Positions 42,601 through 57,200 of a DNA stretch of 64,000 nucleotides are shown piece by piece (position 1 is the stretch's first letter; every line of letters begins with the position of its first letter). This DNA is from Eledone cirrhosa (taxonomy: Eukaryota). Below the pieces are notes generated by a model. That model saw only the letters and a list, made by a program, of their open reading frames with translations. It was not told the origin of the DNA and ran no database searches. Position numbers and translations under genes: made by a program. The stretch is from contig OZ024740.1 in assembly GCA_964016885.1 (NCBI GenBank), positions 415,400,001 to 415,464,000 on the forward strand. The letters are read 5' to 3'.

Positions 42601-45600
42601 CAGATATAGTGTGTAAGAGAGAAGACTGTGGGTATGGACATATGTTGTGTATGGGGGAAGACAGTGAATCAGATATAGAGTGTAAGAGAGAACACTGTGG
42701 GTATGGACATATGTTGTGTATGGGGGATGACAGTGAATCAGATATAGTGTGTAAGAGAGAACACTGTGGGTATGGACATATGTTGTGTATGGGGGAAGAC
42801 AGTGAATCAGATATAGAGTGTAAGAGAGAACACTGTGGGTATGGACATATGTTGTGTATGGGGGAAGACAGTGAATCAGATATAGTGTGTAAGAGAGAAC
42901 ACTGTGGGTATGGACATATGTTGTGTATGGGGGAAGACAGTGAATCAGATATAGAGTGTAAGAGAGAACACTGTGGGTATGGACATATGTTGTGTATGGG
43001 GGATGACAGTGAATCAGATATAGAGTGTAAGAGAGAACACTGTGGGTATGGACATATGTTGTGTATGGGGGATGACAGTGAATCAGATATAGAGTGTAAG
43101 AGAGAACACTGTGGGTATGGACATTTGTTGTGTATGGGGGATGACAGTAAATCAGATATAGTGTGTAAGAGAGAAAACTGTGGGTATGGACATATGTTGT
43201 GTATGGTGGATGACAGTGAATCAGATATATTGTGTAAGAGAGAACACTGTGGGTATGGACATATGTTGTGTATGGGGGATGACAGTGAATCAGATATGGA
43301 GTGTAAGAGAGAACACTGTGGGTATGGACATATGTTGTGTATGGGGGATGACAGTGAATCAGATATAGTGTGTAAGAGAGAACACTGTGGGTATGGACAT
43401 ATGTTGTGTATGGGGGATGACAGTGAATCAGATATAGTGTGTTAAAGAAAACACTGTGGGTATGGACATATGTTGTGTATGGGGGATGACAGTGAATCAG
43501 ATATAGTGTGTAAGAGAGAACACTGTGGGTATGGACATATGTTGTGTATGGGGCATGACAGTGAATCAGATATAGTGTGTAAGAGAGAACAGTGTGGGTA
43601 TGGACATATGTTGTGTATGGGGGATGACAGTGAATCAGATATAGTGTGTAAGAGAGAACACTGTGGGTATGGACATATGTTGTGTATGAGGGAAGACAGT
43701 AAATCAGATATAGTGTGTAAGCGAGAGCACTGTGGGTATGGACATATGATGTGTATGGGGGAAGACAGTGAATCAGATATAGTGTGTAAGAGAGAACACT
43801 GTGGGTATGGACATATGTTGTGTATGGGGGATAACAGTGAATCAGCTATAGCGTGTAAGCGAGAGCACTGTGGGTATGGACATATGATGTGTATGGGGGA
43901 AGACAGTGAATCAGATATAGTGTGTAAGAGAGAACACTGTGGGTATGGACTTATGTTGTGTATGGGGGAAGACAGTGAATCAGATATAGAGTGTAAGAGA
44001 GAACACTGTGTGTATGAACACATGTTGTGTATGGGGGATGACAGTGAATCAGATATAGTGTGTAAGAGAGAACACTGTGGGTATGGACATATGTTGTGCA
44101 TGGGGGAAGACAGTGAATCAGATATAGTGTGTAAGAGAGAACACTGTGGGTATGGACATATGTTGTGTATGGGGGAAGACAGTGAATCAGATATAGAGTG
44201 TAAGAGAGAACAATGTGGGTATGGACATATGTTGTGTATGGGGGATGACAGTGAATCAGATATAGAGTGTAAGAGAGAACACTGTGGGTATGGACATATG
44301 TTGTGTATGGGGGATGACAGTGAATCAGATATAGTGTGTAAGAGAGAACACTGTGGGTATGGACATTTGTTGTGTATGGGGGATGACAGTAAATCAGATA
44401 TAGTGTGTAAGAGAGAAAACTGTGGGTATGGACATATGTTGTGCATGGTGGATGACAGTGAATCAGATATATTGTGTAAGAGAGAACACTGTGGGTATGG
44501 ACATATGTTGTGTATGGGGGATGACAGTGAATCAGATATGGAGTGTAAGAGAGAACACTGTGGGTATGGACATATGTTGTGTATGGGGATGACAGTGAAT
44601 CAGATATAGTGTGTAAGAGAGAACACTGTGGGTATGGACATATGTTGTGTATGGGGGAAGACAGTGAATCAGATATAGAGTGTAAGAGAGAACACTGTGG
44701 GTATGGACATATGTTGTGTATGGGGGATGACAGTGAATCAGATATAGAGTATAAGAGAGAACACTGTGGGTATGGACATATGTTGTGTATGGGGGATGAC
44801 AGTGAATCAGATATAGTGTGTAAGAGAGAACACTGTGGGTATGGACATTTGTTGTGTATGGGGGATGACAGTAAATCAGATATAGTGTGTAAGAGAGAAA
44901 ACTGTGGGTATGGACATACGTTGTGTATGGTGGATGACAGTGAATCAGATATATTGTGTAAGAGAGAACACTGTGGGTATGGACATATGTTGTGTATGGG
45001 GGATGACAGTGAATCAGATATGGAGTGTAAGAGAGAACACTGTGGGTATGGACATATGTTGTGTATGGGGGATGACAGTGAATCAGATATAGTGTGTAAG
45101 AGAGAACACTGTGGGTATGGACATATGTTGTGTATGGGGGATGACAGTGAATCAGATATAGTGTGTTAAAGAGAACAGTGTGGGTATGGACATATGTTGT
45201 GTATGGGGGATGACAGTGAATCAGACATAGTGTGTAAGAGAGAACACTGTGGGTATGGACATATGTTGTGTATGGGGCATGACAGTGAATCAGATATAGT
45301 GTGTAAGAGAGAACACTGTGGGTATGGACATATGTTGTGTATGGGGGATGACAGTGAATCAGATATAGTGTGTAAGAGAGAACACTGTGGGTATGGACAT
45401 ATGTTGTGTATGGGGGATGACAGTGAATCAGATATAGAATGTAAGAGAGAACACGGTGGGTATGGACATATGTTGTATATGGGGCATGACAGTAAATCAG
45501 ATATAGAATGTAAGAGAGAACACTGTGGGTATGGAGATATGTTGTGTATGGGGGATGACAGTGAATCAGTTATAGAGTGTAAGAGAGAACACTGTGGGTA

Positions 45601-48600
45601 TGGACATATGTTATGTATGGGGGATGACAGTAAATCAGATATTGTGTGTAAGAGAGAACACTGTGGGTATGGACATATGATGTGTATGGGGGATGACAGT
45701 GAATCAGATATAGTGTGTAAGAGAGAACACTGTGAGTATGGACATATGTTGTGTATGGGGGATGACAGTGAATCAGATATAGTGTGTAACAGTGAACACT
45801 GTGGATATGGACATATGTTGTGTATGGGGGATGACAGTGAATCAGATATAGAGTGTAAGAGAGAACACTGTGGGTATGGACATATGTTGTGTATGGGGTA
45901 TGACAGTGAATCAGATATAGTGTGTAAGAGAGAACACTGTGGGTATGGACATATGTTGTGTATGGGGGAAGACAGTGAATCAGATATAGTGTGTAAGCGA
46001 GAGCACTGTGGGTATGGACATATGACGTGTATGGGGGAAGACAGTGAATCAGATATAGTGTGTAAGAGAGAACACTGTGGGTATGGACATATGTTGTGTA
46101 TGGGCGATGACAGTGAATCAGATATAGTGTGTAAGAGAGAACACTGTGGGTATGGACATATGTTGTGTATGGGGGATGACAGTGAATCAGATATAGTGTG
46201 TAAGAGAGAACACTGTGGGTATGGACATATGTTGTGTATGGGGGATGACAGTGAATCAGATATAGAGTGTAAGAGAGAACACTGTGGGTATGGACATACG
46301 TTGTGTATGGGGGATGACAGTGAATCAGATATAGAGTGTAAGAGAGAACACTGTGGATATGGACATATGTTGTGTGTGGCGGCTGACAGTGAATCAGATA
46401 TAGAGTGTAAGAGAGAACACTGTGGGTATGGACATATGTTGTGTATGGGGCATGACAGTAAATCAGATATAGAATGTAAGAGAGAACACTGTGGGTATGG
46501 AGATATGTTGTGTATGGGTGATGACAGTGAATCAATTATAGAGTGTAAGAGAGAACACTGTGGGTATGGACATATGTTGTGTATGGGGGATGACAGTAAA
46601 TCAGATATAGTGTGTAAGAGAGAAAACTGTGGGTATGGACATATGTTGTGTATGGGGGATGACAGTGAATCAGATATATTGTATAAGAGAGAACACTGTG
46701 GGTATGGACATATGTTGTGTATGGGGGATGACAGTGAATCAGATATGGAGTGTAAGAGAGAACACTGTGGGTATGGACATATGTTGTGTATGGGGGATGA
46801 CAGTGAATCAGATATAGTGTGTAAGAGAGAACACTGTGGATATGGACATATGTTGTGTGTGGCGGATGACAGTGAATCAGATATGGAGTGTAAGAGAGAA
46901 CACTGTGGGTATGGACATACGTTGTGTATGGGGGAAGACAGTGAATCAGATATAGTGTGTAAGAGAGAACACCGTGGGTATGGACATATGTTGTGTATGG
47001 GGGATGACAGTGAATCAGTTATAGAGTGTAAGAGAGAACACTGTGGATATGGACATATATTGTGTGTGGCTGATGACAGTGAATCAGATATAGTGTGTAA
47101 GAGAGAAGACTGTGGGTATGGACATATGTTGTGTATGGGGGAAGACAGTGAATCAGATATAGAGTGTAAGAGAGAACACTGTGGGTATGGACATATGTTG
47201 TGTATGGGGGATGACAGTGAATCAGATATAGTGTGTAAGAGAGAACACTGTGGGTATGGACATATGTTGTGTATGGGGGAAGACAGTGAATCAGATATAG
47301 AGTGTAAGAGAGAACACTGTGGGTATGGACATATGTTGTGTATGGGGGAAGACAGTGAATCAGATATAGTGTGTAAGAGAGAACACTGTGGGTATGGACA
47401 TATGTTGTGTATGGGGGAAGACAGTGAATCAGATATAGAGTGTAAGAGAGAACACTGTGGGTATGGACATATGTTGTGTATGGGGGATGACAGTGAATCA
47501 GATATAGAGTGTAAGAGAGAACACTGTGGGTATGGACATATGTTGTGTATGGGGGATGACAGTGAATCAGATATAGAGTGTAAGAGAGAACACTGTGGGT
47601 ATGGACATTTGTTGTGTATGGGGGATGACAGTAAATCAGATATAGTGTGTAAGAGAGAAAACTGTGGGTATGGACATATGTTGTGTATGGTGGATGACAG
47701 TGAATCAGATATATTGTGTAAGAGAGAACACTGTGGGTATGGACATATGTTGTGTATGGGGGATGACAGTGAATCAGATATGGAGTGTAAGAGAGAACAC
47801 TGTGGGTATGGACATATGTTGTGTATGGGGGATGACAGTGAATCAGATATAGTGTGTAAGAGAGAACACTGTGGGTATGGACATATGTTGTGTATGGGGG
47901 ATGACAGTGAATCAGATATAGTGTGTTAAAGAGAACACTGTGGGTATGGACATATGTTGTGTATGGGGGATGACAGTGAATCAGATATAGTGTGTAAGAG
48001 AGAACACTGTGGGTATGGACATATGTTGTGTATGGGGCATGACAGTGAATCAGATATAGTGTGTAAGAGAGAACAGTGTGGGTATGGACATATGTTGTGT
48101 ATGGGGGATGACAGTGAATCAGATATAGTGTGTAAGAGAGAACACTGTGGGTATGGACATATGTTGTGTATGAGGGAAGACAGTAAATCAGATATAGTGT
48201 GTAAGCGAGAGCACTGTGGGTATGGACATATGATGTGTATGGGGGAAGACAGTGAATCAGATATAGTGTGTAAGAGAGAACACTGTGGGTATGGACATAT
48301 GTTGTGTATGGGGGATAACAGTGAATCAGCTATAGCGTGTAAGCGAGAGCACTGTGGGTATGGACATATGATGTGTATGGGGGAAGACAGTGAATCAGAT
48401 ATAGTGTGTAAGAGAGAACACTGTGGGTATGGACTTATGTTGTGTATGGGGGAAGACAGTGAATCAGATATAGAGTGTAAGAGAGAACACTGTGTGTATG
48501 AACACATGTTGTGTATGGGGGATGACAGTGAATCAGATATAGTGTGTAAGAGAGAACACTGTGGGTATGGACATATGTTGTGCATGGGGGAAGACAGTGA

Positions 48601-49550
48601 ATCAGATATAGTGTGTAAGAGAGAACACTGTGGGTATGGACATATGTTGTTTATGGGGGAAGACAGTGAATCAGATATAGAGTGTAAGAGAGAACAATGT
48701 GGGTATGGACATATGTTGTGTATGGGGGATGACAGTGAATCAGATATAGAGTGTAAGAGAGAACACTGTGGGTATGGACATATGTTGTGTATGGGGGATG
48801 ACAGTGAATCAGATATAGTGTGTAAGAGAGAACACTGTGGGTATGGACATTTGTTGTGTATGGGGGATGACAGTAAATCAGATATAGTGTGTAAGAGAGA
48901 AAACTGTGGGTATGGACATATGTTGTGTATGGTGGATGACAGTGAATCAGATATATTGTGTAAGAGAGAACACTGTGGGTATGGACATATGTTGTGTATG
49001 GGGGATGACAGTGAATCAGATATGGAGTGTAAGAGAGAACACTGTGGGTATGGACATATGTTGTGTATGGGGATGACAGTGAATCAGATATAGTGTGTAA
49101 GAGAGAACACTGTGGGTATGGACATATTTTGTGTATGGGGGAAGACAGTGAATCAGATATAGAGTGTAAGAGAGAACACTGTGGGTATGGACATATGTTG
49201 TGTATGGGGGATGACAGTGAATCAGATATAGAGTATAAGAGAGAACACTGTGGGTATGGACATATGTTGTGTATGGGGGATGACAGTGAATCAGATATAG
49301 TGTGTAAGAGAGAACACTGTGGGTATGGACATTTGTTGTGTATGGGGGATGACAGTAAATCAGATATAGTGTGTAAGAGAGAAAACTGTGGGTATGGACA
49401 TATGTTGTGTATGGTGGATGACAGTGAATCAGATATATTGTGTAAGAGAGAACACTGTCGGTATGGACATATGTTGTGTATGGGGGATGACAGTGAATCA
49501 GATATGGAGTGTAAGAGAGAACACTGTGGGTATGGACATATGTTGTGTAT
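39700..49550. repeat. 65-monomer (4,484-bp) higher-order repeat, ~2.2 copies
   Basis: Offset 4,484 (65 x 69 - 1) links ORF ends 40125/44609/49093, ORF starts 40710/45194 and 43470/47954, and the catTtgttg variant at 39881/44365/48849. Confidence 0.93.
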
Positions 49551-49699
49551 GGGGGATGACTATGAATCAGACATAGTGTGTAAGAGAGAACACTGTGGGT
49601 ATGGACATATGTTGTGTATGGGGCATGACAGTGAATCAGATATAGTGTGTAAGAGAGAACACTGTGGGTATGGACATATGTTGTGTATGGGGGATGACA

Positions 49700-52600
49700 G
49701 TGAATCAGATATAGTGTGTAAGAGAGAACACTGTGGGTATGGACATATGTTGTGTATGGGGGATAACAGTGAATCAGCTATAGCGTGTAAGCGAGAGCAC
49801 TGTGGGTATGGACATATGATGTGTATGGGGGAAGACAGTGAATCAGATATAGTGTGTAAGAGAGAACACTGTGGGTATGGACTTATGTTGTGTATGGGGG
49901 AAGACAGTGAATCAGATATAGAGTGTAAGAGAGAACACTGTGGGTATGAACACATGTTGTGTATGGGGGATGACAGTGAATCAGATATAGTGTGTAAGAG
50001 AGAACACTGTGGGTATGGACATATGTTGTGTATGGGGGAAGACAGTGAATCAGATATAGAGTGTAAGAGAGAACACTGTGGGTATGGACATATGTTGTGT
50101 ATGGGGGATGACAGTGAATCAGATATAGTGTGTAAGAGAGAACACTGTGGGTATGGACATATGTTGTGTATGGGGGAAGACAGTGAATCAGATATAGAGT
50201 GTAAGAGAGAACACTGTGGGTATGGACATATGTTGTGTATGGGGGAAGTCAGTGAATCAGATATAGTGTGTAAGAGAGAACACTGTGGGTATGGACATAT
50301 GTTGTGTATGGGGGAAGACAGTGAATCAGATATAGAGTGTAAGAGAGAAAACTGTGGGTATGGACATATGTTGTGTATGGTGGATGACAGTGAATCAGTT
50401 ATATTGTGTAAGAGAGAACACTGTGGGTATGGACATATGTTGTGTATGGGGGATGACAGTGAATCAGATATGGAGTGTAAGAGAGAACACTGTGGGTATG
50501 GACATATGTTGTGTATGGGGGATGACAGTGAATCAGATATAGTGTGTAAGAGAGAACACTGTGGGTATGGATATATGTTGTGTATGGGGGATGACAGTGA
50601 ATCAGATATAGTGTGTTAAAGAGAACACTGTGGGTATGGACATATGTTGTGTATGGGGGATGACAGTGAATCAGATATAGTGTGTAAGAGAGAACACTGT
50701 GGGTATGGACATATGTTGTGTATGGGGCATGACAGCGAATCAGATATAGTGTGTAAGAGAGAACACTGTGGGTATGGACATATGTTGTGTATGGGGGATG
50801 ACAGTGAATCAGATATAGTGTGTAAGAGAGAACACTGTGGGTATGGACATATGTTGTGTATGGGGGAAGACAGTAAATCAGATATAGTGTGTAAGCAAGA
50901 GCACTGTGGGTATGGACATATGATGTGTATGGGGGAAGACAGTGAATCAGATATAGTGTGTAAGAGAGAACACTGTGGGTATGGACATATGTTGTGTATG
51001 GGGGATAACAGTGAATCAGCTATAGCGTGTAAGCGAGAGCACTGTGGGTATGGACATATGATGTGTATGGGGGAAGACAGTGAATCAGATATAGAGTGTA
51101 AGAGAGAACACTGTGGGTATGGACATATGTTGTGTATGGGGGATGACAGTGAATCAGATATAGAGTGTAAGAGAGAACACTGTGGGTATGGACATATGTT
51201 GTGTATGGGGGATGACAGTGAATCAGATATAGAGTGTAAGAGAGAACACTGTGGGTATGGACATATGTTGTGTATGGGGGATGACAGTGAATCAGATATA
51301 GTGTGTAAGAGAGAACACTGTGGGTATGGACATATGTTGGGTATGGGGCATGACAGTGAATCAGATATAGTGTGTAAGAGAGAACACTGTGGGTATGGAC
51401 ATATGTTGTGTATGGGGGATGACAGTGAATCAGATATAGTGTGTAAGAGAGAACACTGTGGGTATGGACATATGTTGTGTATGGGGGAAGACAGTAAATC
51501 AGATATAGTGTGTAAGCGAGAGCACTGTGGGTATGGACATATGATGTGTATGGGGGAAGACAGTGAATCAGATATAGTGTGTAAGAGAGAACACTGTGGG
51601 TATGGACATATGTTGTGTATGGGGGATAACAGTGAATCAGCTATAGCGTGTAAGCGAGAGCACTGTGGGTATGGATATATGATGTGTATGGGGGAAGACA
51701 GTGAATCAGCTATAGTGTGTAAGAGAGAACACTGTGGGTATGGACTTATGTTGTGTATGGGGGAAGACAGTGAATCAGATATAGAGTGTAAGAGAGAACA
51801 CTGTGTGTATGAACACATGTTGTGTATGGGGGATGACAGTGAATCAGATATAGTGTGTAAGAGAGAACACTGTGGGTATGGACATATGTTGTGCATGGGG
51901 GAAGACAGTGAATCAGATATAGAGTGTAAGAGAGAACACTGTGGGTATGGACATATGTTGTGTATGGGGGATGACAGTGAATCAGATATAGTGTGTAAGA
52001 GAGAACACTGTGGGTATGGACATATGTTGTGTATGGGGGAAGACAGTGAATCAGATATAGAGTGTAAGAGAGAACACTGTGGGTATGGACATATGTTGTG
52101 TATGGGGGAAGACAGTGAATCAGATATAGTGTGTAAGAGAGAACACTGTGGGTATGGACATATGTTGTGTATGGGGGAAGACAGTGAATCAGATATAGAG
52201 TGTAAGAGAGAACACTGTGGGTATGGACATATGTTGTGTATGAGGGATGACAGTGAATCAGATATAGAGTGTAAGAGAGAACACTGTGGGTATGGACATA
52301 TGTTGTGTATGGGGGATGACAGTGAATCAGATATAGTGTGTAAGAGAGAACACTGTGGGTATGGACATTTGTTGTGTATGGGGGATGACAGTAAATCAGA
52401 TATAGTGTGTAAGAGAGAAAACTGTGGGTATGGACATATGTTGTGTATGGTGGATGACAGTGAATCAGATATATTGTGTAAGAGAGAACACTGTGGGTAT
52501 GGACATATGTTGTGTATGGGGGATGACAGTGAATCAGATATGGAGTGTAAGAGAGAACACTGTGGGTGAGGACATATGTTGTGTATGGGGATGACAGTGA

Positions 52601-55600
52601 ATCAGATATAGTGTGTAAGAGAGAACACTGTGGGTATGGACATATGTTGTGTATGGGGGAAGACAGTGAATCAGATATAGAGTGTAAGAGAGAACACTGT
52701 GGGTATGGACATATGTTGTGTATGGGGGATGACAGTGAATCAGATATAGAGTATAAGAGAGAACACTGTGGGTATGGACATATGTTGTGTATGGGGGATG
52801 ACAGTGAATCAGATATAGTGTGTAAGAGAGAACACTGTGGGTATGGACATTTGTTGTGTATGGGGGATGACAGTAAATCAGATATAGTGTGTAAGAGAGA
52901 AAACTGTGGGTATGGACATATGTTGTGTATGGAGGATGACAGTGAATCAGATATATTGTGTAAGAGAGAACACTGTGGGTATGGACATATGTTGTGTATG
53001 GGGGATGACAGTGAATCAGATATGGAGTGTAAGAGAGAACACTGTGGGTATGGACATATGTTGTGTATGGGGGATGACAGTGAATCAGATATAGTGTGTA
53101 AGAGAGAACACTGTGGGTATGGACATATGTTGTGTATGGGGGATGACAGTGAATCAGATATAGTGTGTTAAAGAGAACACTGTGGGTATGGACATATGTT
53201 GTGTATGGGGGATGACAGTGAATCAGACATAGTGTGTAAGAGAGAACACTGTGGGTATGGACATATGTTGTGTATGGGGCATGACAGTGAATCAGATATA
53301 GTGTGTAAGAGAGAACACTGTGGGTATGGACATATGTTGTGTATGGGGGATGACAGTGAATCAGATATAGTGTGTAAGAGAGAACACTGTGGGTATGGAC
53401 ATATGTTGTGTATGGGGGAAGACAGTAAATCATATATAGTGTGTAAGCGAGAGCACTGTGGGTATGGACATATGATGTGTATGGGGGAAGACAGTGAATC
53501 AGATATAGTGTGTAAGAGAGAACACTGTGGGTATGGACATATGTTGTGTATGGGGGATAACAGTGAATCAGCTATAGCGTGTAAGCGAGAGCACTGTGGG
53601 TATGGACATATGATGTGTATGGGGGAAGACAGTGAATCAGATATAGTGTGTAAGAGAGAACACTGTGGGTATGGACTTATGTTGTGTATGGGGGAAGACA
53701 GTGAATCAGATATAGAGTGTAAGAGAGAACACTGTGGGTATGAACACATGTTGTGTATGGGGGATGACAGTGAATCAGATATAGTGTGTAAGAGAGAACA
53801 CTGTGGGTATGGACATATGTTGTGTATGGGGGAAGACAGTGAATCAGATATAGAGTGTAAGAGAGAACACTGTGGGTATGGACATATGTTGTGTATGGGG
53901 GATGACAGTGAATCAGATATAGTGTGTAAGAGAGAACACTGTGGGTATGGACATATGTTGTGTATGGTGGAAGACAGTGAATCAGATATAGAGTGTAAGA
54001 GAGAACACTGTGGGTATGGACATATGTTGTGTATGGGGGAAGACAGTGAATCAGATATAGTGTGTAAGAGAGAACACTGTGGGTATGGACATATGTTGTG
54101 TATGGGGGAAGACAGTGAATCAGATATAGAGTGTAAGAGAGAAAACTGTGGGTATGGACATATGTTGTGTATGGTGGATGACAGTGAATCAGTTATATTG
54201 TGTAAGAGAGAACACTGTGGGTATGGACATATGTTGTGTATGGGGGATGACAGTGAATCAGATATGGAGTGTAAGAGAGAACACTGTGGGTATGGACATA
54301 TGTTGTGTATGGGGGATGACAGTGAATCAGATATAGTGTGTAAGAGAGAACACTGTGGGTATGGATATATGTTGTGTATGGGGGATGACAGTGAATCAGA
54401 TATAGTGTGTTAAAGAGAACACTGTGGGTATGGACATATGTTGTGTATGGGGGATGACAGTGAATCAGATATAGTGTGTAAGAGAGAACACTGTGGGTAT
54501 GGACATATGTTGTGTATGGGGCATGACAGCGAATCAGATATAGTGTGTAAGAGAGAACACTGTGGGTATGGACATATGTTGTGTATGGGGGATGACAGTG
54601 AATCAGATATAGTGTGTAAGAGAGAACACTGTGGGTATGGACATATGTTGTGTATGGGGGAAGACAGTAAATCAGATATAGTGTGTAAGCAAGAGCACTG
54701 TGGGTATGGACATATGATGTGTATGGGGGAAGACAGTGAATCATATATAGTGTGTAAGAGAGAACACTGTGGGTATGGACATATGTTGTGTATGGGGGAT
54801 AACAGTGAATCAGCTATAGCGTGTAAGCGAGAGCACTGTGGGTATGGACATATGATGTGTATGGGGGAAGACAGTGAATCAGATATAGTGTGTAAGAGAG
54901 AACACTGTGGGTATGGACTTATGTTGTGTATGGGGGAAGACAGTGAATCAGATATAGAGTGTAAGAGAGAACACTGTGTGTATGAACACATGTTGTGTAT
55001 GGGGGATGACAGTGAATCAGATATAGTGTGTAAGAGAGAACACCGTGGGTATGGACATATGTTGTGTATGGGGGAAGACAGTGAATCAGATATAGAGTGT
55101 AAGAGAGAACACTGTGGGTATGGACATATGTTGTGTATGGGGGATGACAGTGAATCAGATATAGTGTGTAAGAGAGAACACTGTGGGTATGGACATATGT
55201 TGTGTATGGGGGAAGACAGTGAATCAGATATAGAGTGTAAGAGAGAACACTGTGGGTATGGACATATATTGTGTATGGGGGAAGACAGTGAATCAGATAT
55301 AGTGTGTAAGAGAGAACACTGTGGGTATGGACATATGTTGTGTATGGGGGAAGACAGTGAATCAGATATAGAGTGTAAGAGAGAACACTGTGGGTATGGA
55401 CATATGTTGTGTATGGGGGATGACAGTGAATCAGATATAGAGTGTAAGAGAGAACACTGTGGGTATGGACATATGTTGTGTATGGGGGATGACAGTGAAT
55501 CAGATATAGTGTGTAAGAGAGAACACTGTGGGTATGGACATTTGTTGTGTATGGGGGATGACAGTAAATCAGATATAGTGTGTAAGAGAGAAAACTGTGG

Positions 55601-57200
55601 GTATGGACATATGTTGTGTATGGTGGATGACAGTGAATCAGATATATTGTGTAAGAGAGAACACTGTGGGTATGGACATATGTTGTGTATGGGGGATGAC
55701 AGTGAATCAGATATGGAGTGTAAGAGAGAACACTGTGGGTGTGGACATATGTTGTGTATGGGGAAGACAGTGAATCAGATATAGAGTGTAAGAGAGAACA
55801 CTGTGGGTATGGACATATGTTGTGTATGGGGGATGACAGTGAATCAGATATAGAGTGTAAGAGAGAACACTGTGGGTATGGACATATGTTGTGTATGGGG
55901 GATGACAGTGAATCAGATATAGTGTGTAAGAGAGAACACTGTGGGTATGGACATTTGTTGTGTATGGGGGATGACAGTAAATCAGATATAGTGTGTAAGA
56001 GAGAAAACTGTGGGTATGGACATATGTTGTGTATGGTGGATGACAGTGAATCAGATATATTGTGTAAGAGAGAACACTGTGGGTATGGACATATGTTGTG
56101 TATGGGGGATGACAGTGAATCAGATATGGAGTGTAAGAGAGAACACTGTGGGTATGGACATATGTTGTGTATGGGGGATGACAGTGAATCAGATATAGTG
56201 TGTAAGAGAGAACACTGTGGGTATGGACATATGTTGTGTATGGGGGATGACAGTGAATCAGATATAGTGTGTTAAAGAGAACACTGTGGGTATGGACATA
56301 TGTTGTGTATGGGGGATGACAGTGAATCAGACATAGTGTGTAAGAGAGAACACTGTGGGTATGGACATATGTTGTGTATGGGGCATGACAGTGAATCAGA
56401 TATAGTGTGTAAGAGAGAACACTGTGGGTATGGACATATGTTGTGTATGGGGATGACAGTGAATCAGATATAGAGTGTAAGAGAGAACACTGTGGGTACG
56501 GACACATATTGTGTATGGGGGAAGACAGTGAATCAGATATAGTGTGTAAGAGAGAACACTGTGGGTATGGACATATGTTGTGTATGGGGGATAACAGTGA
56601 ATCAGCTATAGCGTGTAAGCGAGAGCACTGTGGGTATGGACATATGATGTGTATGGGGGAAGACAGTGAATCAGATATAGTGTGTAAGAGAGAACACTGT
56701 GGGTATGGACTTATGTTGTGTATGGGGGAAGACAGTGAATCAGATATAGAGTGTAAGAGAGAACACTGTGGGTATGAACACATGTTGTGTATGGGGGATG
56801 ACAGTGAATCAGATATAGTGTGTAAGAGAGAACACTGTGGGTATGGACATATGTTGTGTATGGGGGAAGACAGTGAATCAGATATAGAGTGTAAGAGAGA
56901 ACACTGTGGGTATGGACATATGTTGTGTATGGGGGATGACAGTGAATCAGATATAGTGTGTAAGAGAGAACACTGTGGGTATGGACATATGTTGTGTATG
57001 GGGGAAGACAGTGAATCAGATATAGAGTGTAAGAGAGAACACTGTGGGTATGGACATATGTTGTGTATGGGGGAAGACAGTGAATCAGATATAGTGTGTA
57101 AGAGAGAACACTGTGGGTATGGACATATGTTGTGTATGGGGGAAGACAGTGAATCAGATATAGAGTGTAAGAGAGAAAACTGTGGGTATGGACATATGTT
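49700..57200. repeat. Mosaic of duplicated blocks with offsets of 55, 46 and 45 monomers
   Basis: The gacagCgaat variant is at 50736/54530 (3,794 = 55 x 69 - 1). ctgtgTgtatgAacac is at 51801/54974 (3,173 = 46 x 69 - 1). The gtgttaaaga stop ends ORFs at 53171/56275 (3,104 = 45 x 69 - 1). Confidence 0.8.
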
